From the NCBI GenBank assembly GCA_050011565.1, contig JBEKIW010000004.1, positions 113,522 to 177,521 on the forward strand: DNA of 64,000 nucleotides. The letters run 5' to 3'. A program made the translations under genes and the position numbers. The notes below the pieces were generated by a model that worked only from the letters and a program-made list of their open reading frames with translations, was not told the origin of the DNA and searched no databases. Below, piece by piece: positions 40,959 through 49,089 of the stretch (position 1 is its first letter; each line of letters starts with the position of its first letter). This DNA is from Dehalococcoidia bacterium. Lineage in GTDB: Bacteria > Chloroflexota > Dehalococcoidia > GIF9 > UBA5629.

Positions 40959-42320
40959 TTAAGCTAATTTACCGGGGTCGCTAACTTCGATGGTTTTGAT
41001 TCTCTGATATTGGGCAAATTGCCTGGCTTCCTGACTGAGCTGGGGGCAGACCAGTAACAGCTTGTCATGAATACCGACGTCGTAGGCCCTGGTGTCAAAT
41101 GAAGATACAGTATTGAAACTGATTTCGTCATGCGCTATCAAGATATTTATAGCTAATGTGTGGTTGATGATGCCATCATTTTTGATAGCCAGTATATCGA
41201 AGACATGCTCTACTCCGGACCTACCCATGATTTTGGCTTTTTCCTCAAAACTATAGCCGGAATTTTTCAAGTGTTCCAAGAGTTTAGCTTTGGTTTCAAA
41301 GACGAAAGGCTGGTTGCCCGATTGCTTTTGTGTCGCTAGCGGGGGCGATTTCAAAAGGAGTTCTATGTCCTTTGCCTCAATGACTTTAATCCGCTGTTGC
41401 CGGGCAAATTGACCGGCTTCGGGGCTGAGCTTGGGAACGACCACCAAAACCTTATCGTGTATGCCCAGGTCATATACCTTGTTATCGAAGGCAAAAACTT
41501 CGGCTAAACTTATTTCTTGTCCCTGGCTGTCGACAAGTATGCCAACGCCGATGGTGTAATTTACCAGGCCATCGCTACGCTGTGCCAGGATATCCAGTAC
41601 ATGTTTAGCTCCGGACTTAGTAGTACCATTGACTTTGGCACTTTCAATAACATCATAGCCCCGGCTTCTGAGAAAATCTGCGAATCTCGGTTTCTCAGTG
41701 AGTTCGAATTGAAGCTGGCGTTTTTTACCTGCATTTAGGCGATAGGAATATAGAACTATCTCTTTGGCTTCGCCTTCCGGGAATAAGTATGAGCACTGGA
41801 GGCACTGCATATTGAAGGCAGCGTCTTTTGAAATCGCACCGCATTCACGGCATTTGTAGCTGATGCCCAGACTCTGATAGTCGGTGCCGAGAAACCTGAG
41901 CTCCTGTCGGCATTTGGGGCAGACGTATTTACCGTTATTTGCGTAATCTTCTTCAAGGCTGTTATTGCGGCAGGCAAGATGTTCCAGTATTCTACCTTTG
42001 GCTATGTTGCCTGAGCCGCACTTGGGGCAGCCAAGTCCTGGTTTTAAATTTGGAGACTGGCATTTGGGACAAAATCGAATATTTTCATGTAAATTTCTCT
42101 CCAGAATGTCCTCATTAGCCAGAAATTCCAGGGTGTTTACGGCCTCCAAAGTTGTTGACTCAAGGATTTTTTCTGCTTGAGGGTAACCGAAACCATCCTT
42201 GGTCGACGCGTTGATGCTGGGTTTGACTTCGCTTATTCTCCCGGACATAATCTCCTGGATAAGCTTCATAGCCTTATTATTTTGCTTTACCATTCTAACT
42301 GCATCAATGACTTCGACCAT
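40959..42320 (-). CDS. TackOD1-like multi-zinc-ribbon protein with two C-terminal restriction-endonuclease-like domains
   Basis: G..YP...LE.LA...IL.R...CPKC...CPKC...LEHLAC...CPKC..EL...GTDY...CREC...CLQC...YSYRLN matches the TackOD1 pattern. The C-terminal half has two G.SG..H..DILA domains. Confidence 0.75.
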   Translation of the reverse strand: MVEVIDAVRMVKQNNKAMKLIQEIMSGRISEVKPSINASTKDGFGYPQAEKILESTTLEAVNTLEFLANEDILERNLHENIRFCPKCQSPNLKPGLGCPKCGSGNIAKGRILEHLACRNNSLEEDYANNGKYVCPKCRQELRFLGTDYQSLGISYKCRECGAISKDAAFNMQCLQCSYLFPEGEAKEIVLYSYRLNAGKKRQLQFELTEKPRFADFLRSRGYDVIESAKVNGTTKSGAKHVLDILAQRSDGLVNYTIGVGILVDSQGQEISLAEVFAFDNKVYDLGIHDKVLVVVPKLSPEAGQFARQQRIKVIEAKDIELLLKSPPLATQKQSGNQPFVFETKAKLLEHLKNSGYSFEEKAKIMGRSGVEHVFDILAIKNDGIINHTLAINILIAHDEISFNTVSSFDTRAYDVGIHDKLLLVCPQLSQEARQFAQYQRIKTIEVSDPGKLA

Positions 42321-42425
42321 TATTTTCCCTCGATACTTAAGTTCCAGCTAAGAAAGTTTAAATGAAACGTAGCCAAGTTGCAATACATTTATCTGGCTTC
42401 ATACAACATTTGGTCATGTTTGAGG

Positions 42426-42509
42426 TAGTACATTAGTCCCGAAAGGGCATTATGCAGCCGTATTTTGTACCAGGAGCAGTTTGACAACCGTAAAGCATTA
42501 ATATAAAAT
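42426..42509. promoter_or_regulatory. Palindrome and divergent promoter between the TackOD1-like gene and the HTH gene
   Basis: TAGTAC-ATTA-GTCCCG at 42426-42441. TTGACA-N17-TAAAAT at 42481-42509 on the plus strand. Candidate TTGCAA-N17-TAAACT at 42383-42355 on the minus strand. Confidence 0.6.
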
Positions 42510-42543
42510 AGTACCTAACTAGCAGTTGTTTAAAACAACAACA

Positions 42544-42747
42544 ATGATAGATTTGCAAGGTTTCACAAATGTTCGCGATGCTGCCAGGCAGATTGGCATA
42601 CACGAGGAATCGCTACGGCGGCTTCTGAGGCAGGGGAGTCCGTCCGGGGAGAAAATAGGTGGCCAGTGGTTCATAAGCAAGGAGCAACTGGCTCTATTTG
42701 CTAACACATATAATGCCAAGACCGGTAAAAGAATGAAGCTTATATGA
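42544..42747 (+). CDS. Small excisionase-like (HTH_17/MerR-type winged) DNA-binding protein
   Basis: NVRDAARQIGIHEESLRRLLRQG...GEKIGGQWFI. ATG 42544 chosen over TTG 42526. Confidence 0.85.
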   Translation: MIDLQGFTNVRDAARQIGIHEESLRRLLRQGSPSGEKIGGQWFISKEQLALFANTYNAKTGKRMKLI

Positions 42748-42801
42748 AGGTGCGCTATTAGCAGAAAAACTTACATCGGCAGTTTCAAAATAATTCTGTC
42801 C

Positions 42802-45800
42802 TTGGTATTGCTGTCCAGTTTGATATCTCTGGCTGACGTTAAACAAGTTTCGGCGAACCCGGGCACGCTATTGTGGACTACCGTTGATACACCGAGCCTG
42901 CTGAATAACGTCATAGTCAGCCCATCGGAGATAAATTTTATTGCCATTGGCTCTGATGACAACACTTTTTATGCTGTGGATATACCGGACTTCAATACTT
43001 CCGGTAGCCGCGGCAGATTATTTAAATCGAGAGATGGCGGTGTTACCTGGCCGAATGAACTGAGCGCCCAACTGATAGCCGCCGGTGCTTCTATGCCGGT
43101 CTGGAATATAGCCGTAGCTCCGGATGACGTGAACTTCCTTGTTGCCATAACCGATGGCAGCGTCCCGCCGCCCCTCGTCGGGCCAAAGCAGGTATATATC
43201 TCCATGGATGGTGGAGCCACTTGGCAGAATGCCAATTTCGCTGCTGCCGCTGGCGAATGGATTAGCTGTGTGGACATTTCTGTTATGTACGGTGGAACTA
43301 ACCGTGATATTGCCATAGGCACCAGAACTGGCACCGGGGCGGGCAAAGTATACGTCAGAAAGTCCACTAGTTTCGGTGCCTGGGCAGACCAAGGTCTAGT
43401 GCCATCCGACGTGGTAGCGCTGAAGTTCTCGCCTGCGTATACCAGCGATTCCAGCCTGGTGGTTGTCTCATCGGACACAGGCACTTTTTTACGTGTTGGC
43501 TTCCGCGACACAGCAAATAACACTACCGACTGGGTTGCTTGGGGTGCGCCGGCAGAGATTAGCACTACAGGAATATCACCTACAGCAGCGCAGATTATAA
43601 CTGCTGACCTGGAGCTGCCGTCGGACTTCTCAGGGCAGGATGTTGCCTTGCGTCATTTTTATGTTAGCACCGACGCCACTCCGAACGTTCTGGGCGGTGT
43701 TTACCGCGTTGACGATAATGTGCCCAACCTCATAAATCCACCAACCCCGGGCAGGATTTCCAGCATTGCTTATTTTGGCTCTACCACTGCAGGTACGCTT
43801 CTCGCAGGCGAAGTCACTGCTGGAGAACTTGCTCCTACTCCTTCTTCATATGGGGTTCATGTATGGCGGACTTCAAATCCTAACGTAACTGTAGGTACGC
43901 CTACATGGCTAAGTTCTGATGCCCGCAGGTCTCCAACTGGCGGCGCTGGTTCCGGTTTAGCCAACGCTCAAGTGTCCTCGAGCCCCGATGGGAGCAGGGC
44001 TTACTGTGGTACCAACTCGGCCTGTCTGGGTATATTTACCGTCCCAACTGGCGCAGTTGTTTGTTCAACGTGGCCTGATGGCTACCTTAATGGAGTCGCA
44101 CTTGATGAATCTGCCTTCTCGGTCAGCCCTTATTCGCTGGCTTATTCACAGCAGCTCGCTGCCTACAGCAAGACAGAAGATACCGATATCGGCAAGATCT
44201 GGAACCAGCTTAGCCTTATAGATACTGAAATGGACTCACTCTCTGATGTTGCGGCTCTGGAAGCTCCCGAAACTGGTGAGAATCTAGCTCCCGTGGATTA
44301 CAATGTACTCTATCTGTTTTCTATAAACGCGAACATACCTGTAAGTTTAAGTTTCGATAGCCTGTGGCGGAGCACCAGTGACCCGCTGGGCAGGACATGG
44401 GAGAGAGTATTGTGCATTGCCACCAGTGACACGGGCACAATACTCCGCGTTAAACAGACGTCTTACGAAGAAACGGATAGAAGCGACGTCATCGTTTTCG
44501 CCGACCTTGGTCCTGAGGTAGTCGGTATTTCCGCGAATGAGGGACAAGCATGGGACATTCGTAGTCTAACCACCGTAACCGATTTAGCTCTAGCCAGCGA
44601 TGCAATCATTTATGTTCTAAACAATACGGTCATATACAAGTATGAACGGGAAGGTACCAATTGGGTGTTTAAAAATAAGGTAAATACCGGTCTTGATGCT
44701 GGACATACTATAGCAGTACCGTTGAAAAACCCTTCAGGTGCAGACATAGTGCTGGTGGGTGAGGCTGGGACGCCTAACGGTTTGGGCAGGATAGCCTATG
44801 CCGATTTCTCCCAGCCTATTGTGACAGTCAATCCGCCTATATCCGAGCGAATAGCACCACCGATAGCCGGTGATGCACATGTCATTTTCGATGATAAATA
44901 TGAGCAGAATGGAATAATATACAATGCCACACGTGACCCCATCGGTGGGAACGGCAAGATCTACCGCTGGACTATTGGTAAAAGCACCGCCTGGAGTGAA
45001 CTGGAGCCCCCAAACAGTGCTTTCTACGGTCTGGTTCAACGGAATGATGTTCTGTACGGGGCATGGAAAAAGCCAGAGGTTCCAGCAATTGCTGCTAATA
45101 GTGCCGGCGTTGACCGGACGCTTTATCCCCGACGTTTTGTGCCGCCACCTCCAGAATGGGATTACCTGACTGAGGGGCTTCTCGCCGGCGTCGGCGTCAT
45201 TTTCACTCGTGAGCCTAGTTCACTTAAGATATCAAGCAATAAGTTCAACAGCTTGTGGGCAATTGATAACAACACCTATAATTTTGCCAACAATACAGGT
45301 CGCCTCTGGGAATATACAGATACTTTAGCTAAAGTAGGACCATGGACAACCTCGCCAGCAAGTGGTGATTTCATTCCTGTTGACCCGGTGTCAGGTAGGG
45401 CTTTAGAGGTAAATTTCGCGTGGCGAAGCCTCAGCAATGCTTTGGCATATGAATTAGAGATAGCTAATGACAGCGATTTCACTATAGTAGTGTTGCGAAA
45501 CGAGTATATTGTCCCGGTTGACTCGCTGTCGCCAGAAGTTTATTTCCCGGCTGGCGGACTGGTGCCCACACCTCTGTCTGGTATTGCCGCTTTTGGGAAT
45601 CTTGAAGCTGGTCACACCTATTATTGGCGGGTCAGGGCAAGGACTACTGTTAATGGTGAAGCTACACGAAGCCCCTGGTCAGCGACGATGTATTTTACGG
45701 TAGGGGCTGGTTTGCCAATAGCGTCACGATATCCGACTATGACTTTATTCAGCCCTATGTATGGTGCTAAAAACGTATCCAATTCTCCGGCTTTTTCCTG

Positions 45801-46533
45801 GTCAGGAATGCCCGGAACCACCAAATACGAGTTTGTTCTGGCTAAAGATGCCGCCTTGCAAAAGGTGATAGTTAAAGTTGATGTACCTTCGACGTCATAC
45901 CTTTACGATGGCAAGCTCGATTACAATACTGGCTATTATTGGCAGGTGCGTGCAATTGAGCCTGTGGTCAGCGACCCCAGCCCGATAGGCACCTTCACTG
46001 TGGTTGCTGAGCAGAAACCTGTAACGCCGGTAGTAGAAACACCCGCGCCGATACCTTCCTGGGTTTGGTGGATAATCGCCATATTTGCTGCTCTGGTGGT
46101 GGCTATAATTGCATTTACGATGGTAAAGCCCAGCTACGTGAGACCCGCCGGGGGCGGTAAGCTGTTTAAGATAGAACCTATCTCTAAAGCCGAAAGCGGT
46201 AAGCTGGAAAAGGTAGAACCTCTCTTAGGCAAACCTAAGAACCCTATCGCTAAAATCTGGGGTTCCATAATCATGGCAATCAGGCGATGGCGTTACTTGA
46301 GGAAGCGTGGTGACGGCGAGCCTGTGGAACCTATCTCTAAAGCCGAAGGCGGTAAGCTAGATAACGTGAAACCTATCGTTAACAAACTTAAGAGCCGTAT
46401 CGCCAAAATCTGGGCGTCCATAACCATGGCAGTCAGGCGATGGGGAAACTTCAAGAGGCGTGCTGATACCGAGTCTGAGGATAGCGGTTCTGAAGTTGGC
46501 AAGTCCCAGGATAGCCAGAATAAGTTGACATAA
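42802..46533 (+). CDS. Large membrane-anchored surface protein (BNR/Asp-box propeller plus FnIII-like domains; S-layer-like)
   Basis: Signal peptide, Asp-boxes SRDGGVTW/SMDGGATW/SANEGQAW, two YYW(R/Q)VRA FnIII-like domains, Pro-rich linker, TM helix WVWWIIAIFAALVVAII and a cytoplasmic tail. Confidence 0.8.
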   Translation: MVLLSSLISLADVKQVSANPGTLLWTTVDTPSLLNNVIVSPSEINFIAIGSDDNTFYAVDIPDFNTSGSRGRLFKSRDGGVTWPNELSAQLIAAGASMPVWNIAVAPDDVNFLVAITDGSVPPPLVGPKQVYISMDGGATWQNANFAAAAGEWISCVDISVMYGGTNRDIAIGTRTGTGAGKVYVRKSTSFGAWADQGLVPSDVVALKFSPAYTSDSSLVVVSSDTGTFLRVGFRDTANNTTDWVAWGAPAEISTTGISPTAAQIITADLELPSDFSGQDVALRHFYVSTDATPNVLGGVYRVDDNVPNLINPPTPGRISSIAYFGSTTAGTLLAGEVTAGELAPTPSSYGVHVWRTSNPNVTVGTPTWLSSDARRSPTGGAGSGLANAQVSSSPDGSRAYCGTNSACLGIFTVPTGAVVCSTWPDGYLNGVALDESAFSVSPYSLAYSQQLAAYSKTEDTDIGKIWNQLSLIDTEMDSLSDVAALEAPETGENLAPVDYNVLYLFSINANIPVSLSFDSLWRSTSDPLGRTWERVLCIATSDTGTILRVKQTSYEETDRSDVIVFADLGPEVVGISANEGQAWDIRSLTTVTDLALASDAIIYVLNNTVIYKYEREGTNWVFKNKVNTGLDAGHTIAVPLKNPSGADIVLVGEAGTPNGLGRIAYADFSQPIVTVNPPISERIAPPIAGDAHVIFDDKYEQNGIIYNATRDPIGGNGKIYRWTIGKSTAWSELEPPNSAFYGLVQRNDVLYGAWKKPEVPAIAANSAGVDRTLYPRRFVPPPPEWDYLTEGLLAGVGVIFTREPSSLKISSNKFNSLWAIDNNTYNFANNTGRLWEYTDTLAKVGPWTTSPASGDFIPVDPVSGRALEVNFAWRSLSNALAYELEIANDSDFTIVVLRNEYIVPVDSLSPEVYFPAGGLVPTPLSGIAAFGNLEAGHTYYWRVRARTTVNGEATRSPWSATMYFTVGAGLPIASRYPTMTLFSPMYGAKNVSNSPAFSWSGMPGTTKYEFVLAKDAALQKVIVKVDVPSTSYLYDGKLDYNTGYYWQVRAIEPVVSDPSPIGTFTVVAEQKPVTPVVETPAPIPSWVWWIIAIFAALVVAIIAFTMVKPSYVRPAGGGKLFKIEPISKAESGKLEKVEPLLGKPKNPIAKIWGSIIMAIRRWRYLRKRGDGEPVEPISKAEGGKLDNVKPIVNKLKSRIAKIWASITMAVRRWGNFKRRADTESEDSGSEVGKSQDSQNKLT
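46174..46470 (+). repeat. Intragenic 153-bp (51-aa) tandem duplication in the cytoplasmic tail
   Basis: GAACCTATCTCTAAAGCCGAA starts at 46174 and at 46327. The protein repeats EPISKAE.GKL..V.P...K.K..IAKIW.SI.MA.RRW. Confidence 0.85.
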
Positions 46534-46797
46534 TAAGCTGGTTACATTACTAACTAATATCCATCTTGCTTTCGTGTTCTCGTCCATCCCATGCACTTTA
46601 ATACTTGGAACACGTTGAGCACACGAGGATAAAAGAAATACCTTAAAATTAGGCCTGTAATGGGCACTGTCAATGACAGTGTCTGTGCGAGATGCTGACG
46701 AAATTGGTAGCCCAATCATAACTTTTCCACACCTGAAAGTCGAGACCTTCTTTGAGGTCGCCATAGCTCACGATCCCAGCGGCGGGAGGGGTGAGCT

Positions 46798-46930
46798 GTG
46801 GGAGAAGCCCTTACTCAAGAAATAAGTGTCTGTCTCCGCCTTGGTCTGACTCTTATCCCCCTTAAGCCTCGCTCCAAGGTGCTGCCGGAGAGGTGGCGCA
46901 ATAGGTGGAATCCAACCCCTGAGGCGGTTA
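46798..46930 (+). pseudogene. Fragment of a bifunctional primase/polymerase (Prim-Pol) N-terminus
   Basis: LRLGLTLIPLKPRSKV...W...PTPE resembles the Prim-Pol start (G..VIPL.P..K.P..W). The similarity then stops and the ORF runs into a repeat array. Confidence 0.5.
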
Positions 46931-46982
46931 GGGCATGCGCTTGTCTATCCCCTGAACTTTCGTCAGTTGGCTTCCTTATACT

Positions 46983-47071
46983 GTTCAATTTCCCGTTCAA
47001 GCCCACCGTTCAATTGAACGGGTTTGAACGGGAAGGCGTTCAATTTCCAAGCTGGTTGAACGGTTTTGAAC
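46983..47071. repeat. Array of eight GTTCAA/TTGAAC boxes forming inverted repeats
   Basis: GTTCAA at 46983, 46995, 47008 and 47038. TTGAAC at 47014, 47024, 47056 and 47066. Central palindrome CGTTCAATTGAACG. Confidence 0.85.
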
Positions 47072-47116
47072 GAGTGTGCCTTTTGTTTACAAACGCTGCG
47101 GAGTTTTGTGAAGACG

Positions 47117-48199
47117 ATGAACAATAAGGCAGTAAATGACAGAAATACGTCAGCCATCTTGTATGGTTTAGCGGGGGCTATGTCTGCTGAGGGCAAGAGG
47201 CTAGAGGCGGGTATTGTTTTTGCTCTTGCTGCACCCTTTCTAGAACAACTGGGGATGGAGATAGAGCGGCAGCTTCAAGAGGCATTCATACGGGAAACAA
47301 TAACTGGAATTTTTAGCTCTATATCAACAGCTCCAAAGCAAATCGGGGACAAAACTGAAGTAGTGGTCGAAGCTGGCACCCTATCAGCCCATAAGGCCAA
47401 GGCAGTTGCTGAAGTTGATAACAGGTGGCGTGAGATTCTTGTCCACCCATCGGTGGTGCTATTACTAGGCAAGCGGGGCAGTGGTAAATCTGCCCTAGGC
47501 TACAAACTGCTGGAACTATTTAGATATGGACTAACTCCCTATGTCTTGGGGGTACCCACCCGGGGCCGAAAACTGTTACCTGAATGGATAAGCATAGCTC
47601 AGGGGTTAGATGAGATTCCGGCAAAGTCTATAGTGCTTGTTGACGAAGCTTATTTGCGTTATCACTCCAAGGAAAGCCTGAGTCCAGCCAGCAGAGAGAT
47701 GTCCCGTATTTTGAACTTGTCCCGACAGAGGGATCAAACTTTTATCTTTGTCACGCAGGAAGCAAGACAGGTAGACAAGAACATAGCTAGCTCTGCAAAT
47801 GTGGTGGTGTTTAAGGACTTGGGGATGCTGCAGCTTGAATTCGATAGACCAGAGCTCAACAGGATTGCGAACCAGGCAAAGCAAGCTTTCACCGGGGTAT
47901 CAGGCGATAGGAGAAGGTGGAGCTATGTCTATTCTCCAGACGCTGGCTTTATGGACCTTTTGGAGAATGCCTTGCCTAGTTTCTGGGATAGCAGGCTAAG
48001 CCGCATCTTCGCCGCTAGTACGGAGCCTTCGCCTTTACAGCTACCCAAGCCCGTAACTGTAGAACAACGCATACAGAAGGCCAAAGAACTGCATCAACAA
48101 GGGCTGTCATACGGCAAAATCGCCAAGACTTTCAATGTGGCAAAGGGGACAGCATACAACTACGTCAATGGGTATCCTTATAAACCACAGTCAACCTGA
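47117..48199 (+). CDS. Zot/FtsK-HerA-like P-loop ATPase with C-terminal HTH
   Basis: GKRGSGKS, IVLVDEA and SRQR...FVTQ....DKNI motifs, with a C-terminal GLSYGKIAKTFNVAKGTAYNY HTH. Start uncertain (ATG 47117 chosen). Confidence 0.7.
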   Translation: MNNKAVNDRNTSAILYGLAGAMSAEGKRLEAGIVFALAAPFLEQLGMEIERQLQEAFIRETITGIFSSISTAPKQIGDKTEVVVEAGTLSAHKAKAVAEVDNRWREILVHPSVVLLLGKRGSGKSALGYKLLELFRYGLTPYVLGVPTRGRKLLPEWISIAQGLDEIPAKSIVLVDEAYLRYHSKESLSPASREMSRILNLSRQRDQTFIFVTQEARQVDKNIASSANVVVFKDLGMLQLEFDRPELNRIANQAKQAFTGVSGDRRRWSYVYSPDAGFMDLLENALPSFWDSRLSRIFAASTEPSPLQLPKPVTVEQRIQKAKELHQQGLSYGKIAKTFNVAKGTAYNYVNGYPYKPQST

Positions 48200-48218
48200 A
48201 GACGGTGAAACGTGACTT

Positions 48219-48905
48219 ATGAAAGTATATCTTGAAATAGAAGAAGTTCAACAGCTTGAAAATGCCGCTACTTGCCCAAGGGACAAGCTGCTGATTAGAG
48301 TCTTATCACGCTTGGGTTGTCGAATTAGTGAAGCTCTAGCCCTTCAGGTGAGTGACATTGACTTCGTCCGACGTACTGTCACAATTCTGCATCTCAAGAA
48401 GCGTATCAGGCTATCATGCCCCATGTGTAAAGCAAGCTTGGGCAGGAGACACCAGTTCTGTCCTGAATGTGGTGATGAAGTCGGCGAGGCTATGAGGCGT
48501 CAGCAGGAACAGCGGCACATAAGAGTGCTGCCCGTTGATAAACAAACTCTTGACATGCTAGAGGACTATATTGGTCGTACTCCGCCAACATTTGCTGATG
48601 GCTCGGTGCCCATCTTTAGCCTTAATCGGCACCGGGCGTGGCAAATAGTGAGAGATTGTGCCAGACGAGCCAGCCTCCCAGATTTGCTGAACCCAGAAAC
48701 CGGCAGGGTGAGAGGTGTTAGCCCACACCGCCTCAGGGATGCCTTTAGCGTACATGCCATGAAGCTGGATGACTCTGGGGATGCATTGAGGTTGCTCCAA
48801 GAGCACCTGGGACATACCAGCTTCAACACCACGGCGAAATATCGAAAAGTAGCTGGTGAAGAGCACCGAAAATGGTATGAAGGCCTGTGGAGCACGAAAG
48901 ACTAG
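48219..48905 (+). CDS. Tyrosine recombinase/integrase (catalytic domain only) with zinc-ribbon insertion
   Basis: Catalytic residues R (GCRISE), K (HLK), HxxR (PHRLR), LGH and Y (TAKY) are all present. CPMC...CPEC is inserted. Confidence 0.9.
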   Translation: MKVYLEIEEVQQLENAATCPRDKLLIRVLSRLGCRISEALALQVSDIDFVRRTVTILHLKKRIRLSCPMCKASLGRRHQFCPECGDEVGEAMRRQQEQRHIRVLPVDKQTLDMLEDYIGRTPPTFADGSVPIFSLNRHRAWQIVRDCARRASLPDLLNPETGRVRGVSPHRLRDAFSVHAMKLDDSGDALRLLQEHLGHTSFNTTAKYRKVAGEEHRKWYEGLWSTKD

Positions 48906-49089
48906 CAGCTAACTAGATACGTGGTTTCTTGCCCAATTTCCCAGAAGATAACAAAACAGGCGAATGTTTACCTCGCACAAATCATTCTTTTTCGATCAAA
49001 CTATATACAAAGTTATATGATTGCATTTAAGTCAATTGTTACTGTATTATTTGAACCTTACAAACACCATCTTAGCATCTCTAAAAGAT

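Noticed and set aside
36047-42320. Active restriction or defence system from the REase-like domains
   Set aside because: All four domains lack the (D/E)xK motif and there is no methyltransferase nearby. A non-catalytic role fits better.
42544-42747. Prophage excisionase
   Set aside because: No phage genes adjacent. It is co-transcribed with a surface protein and separated from the integrase by about 5.5 kb, so a stand-alone regulator is more plausible.
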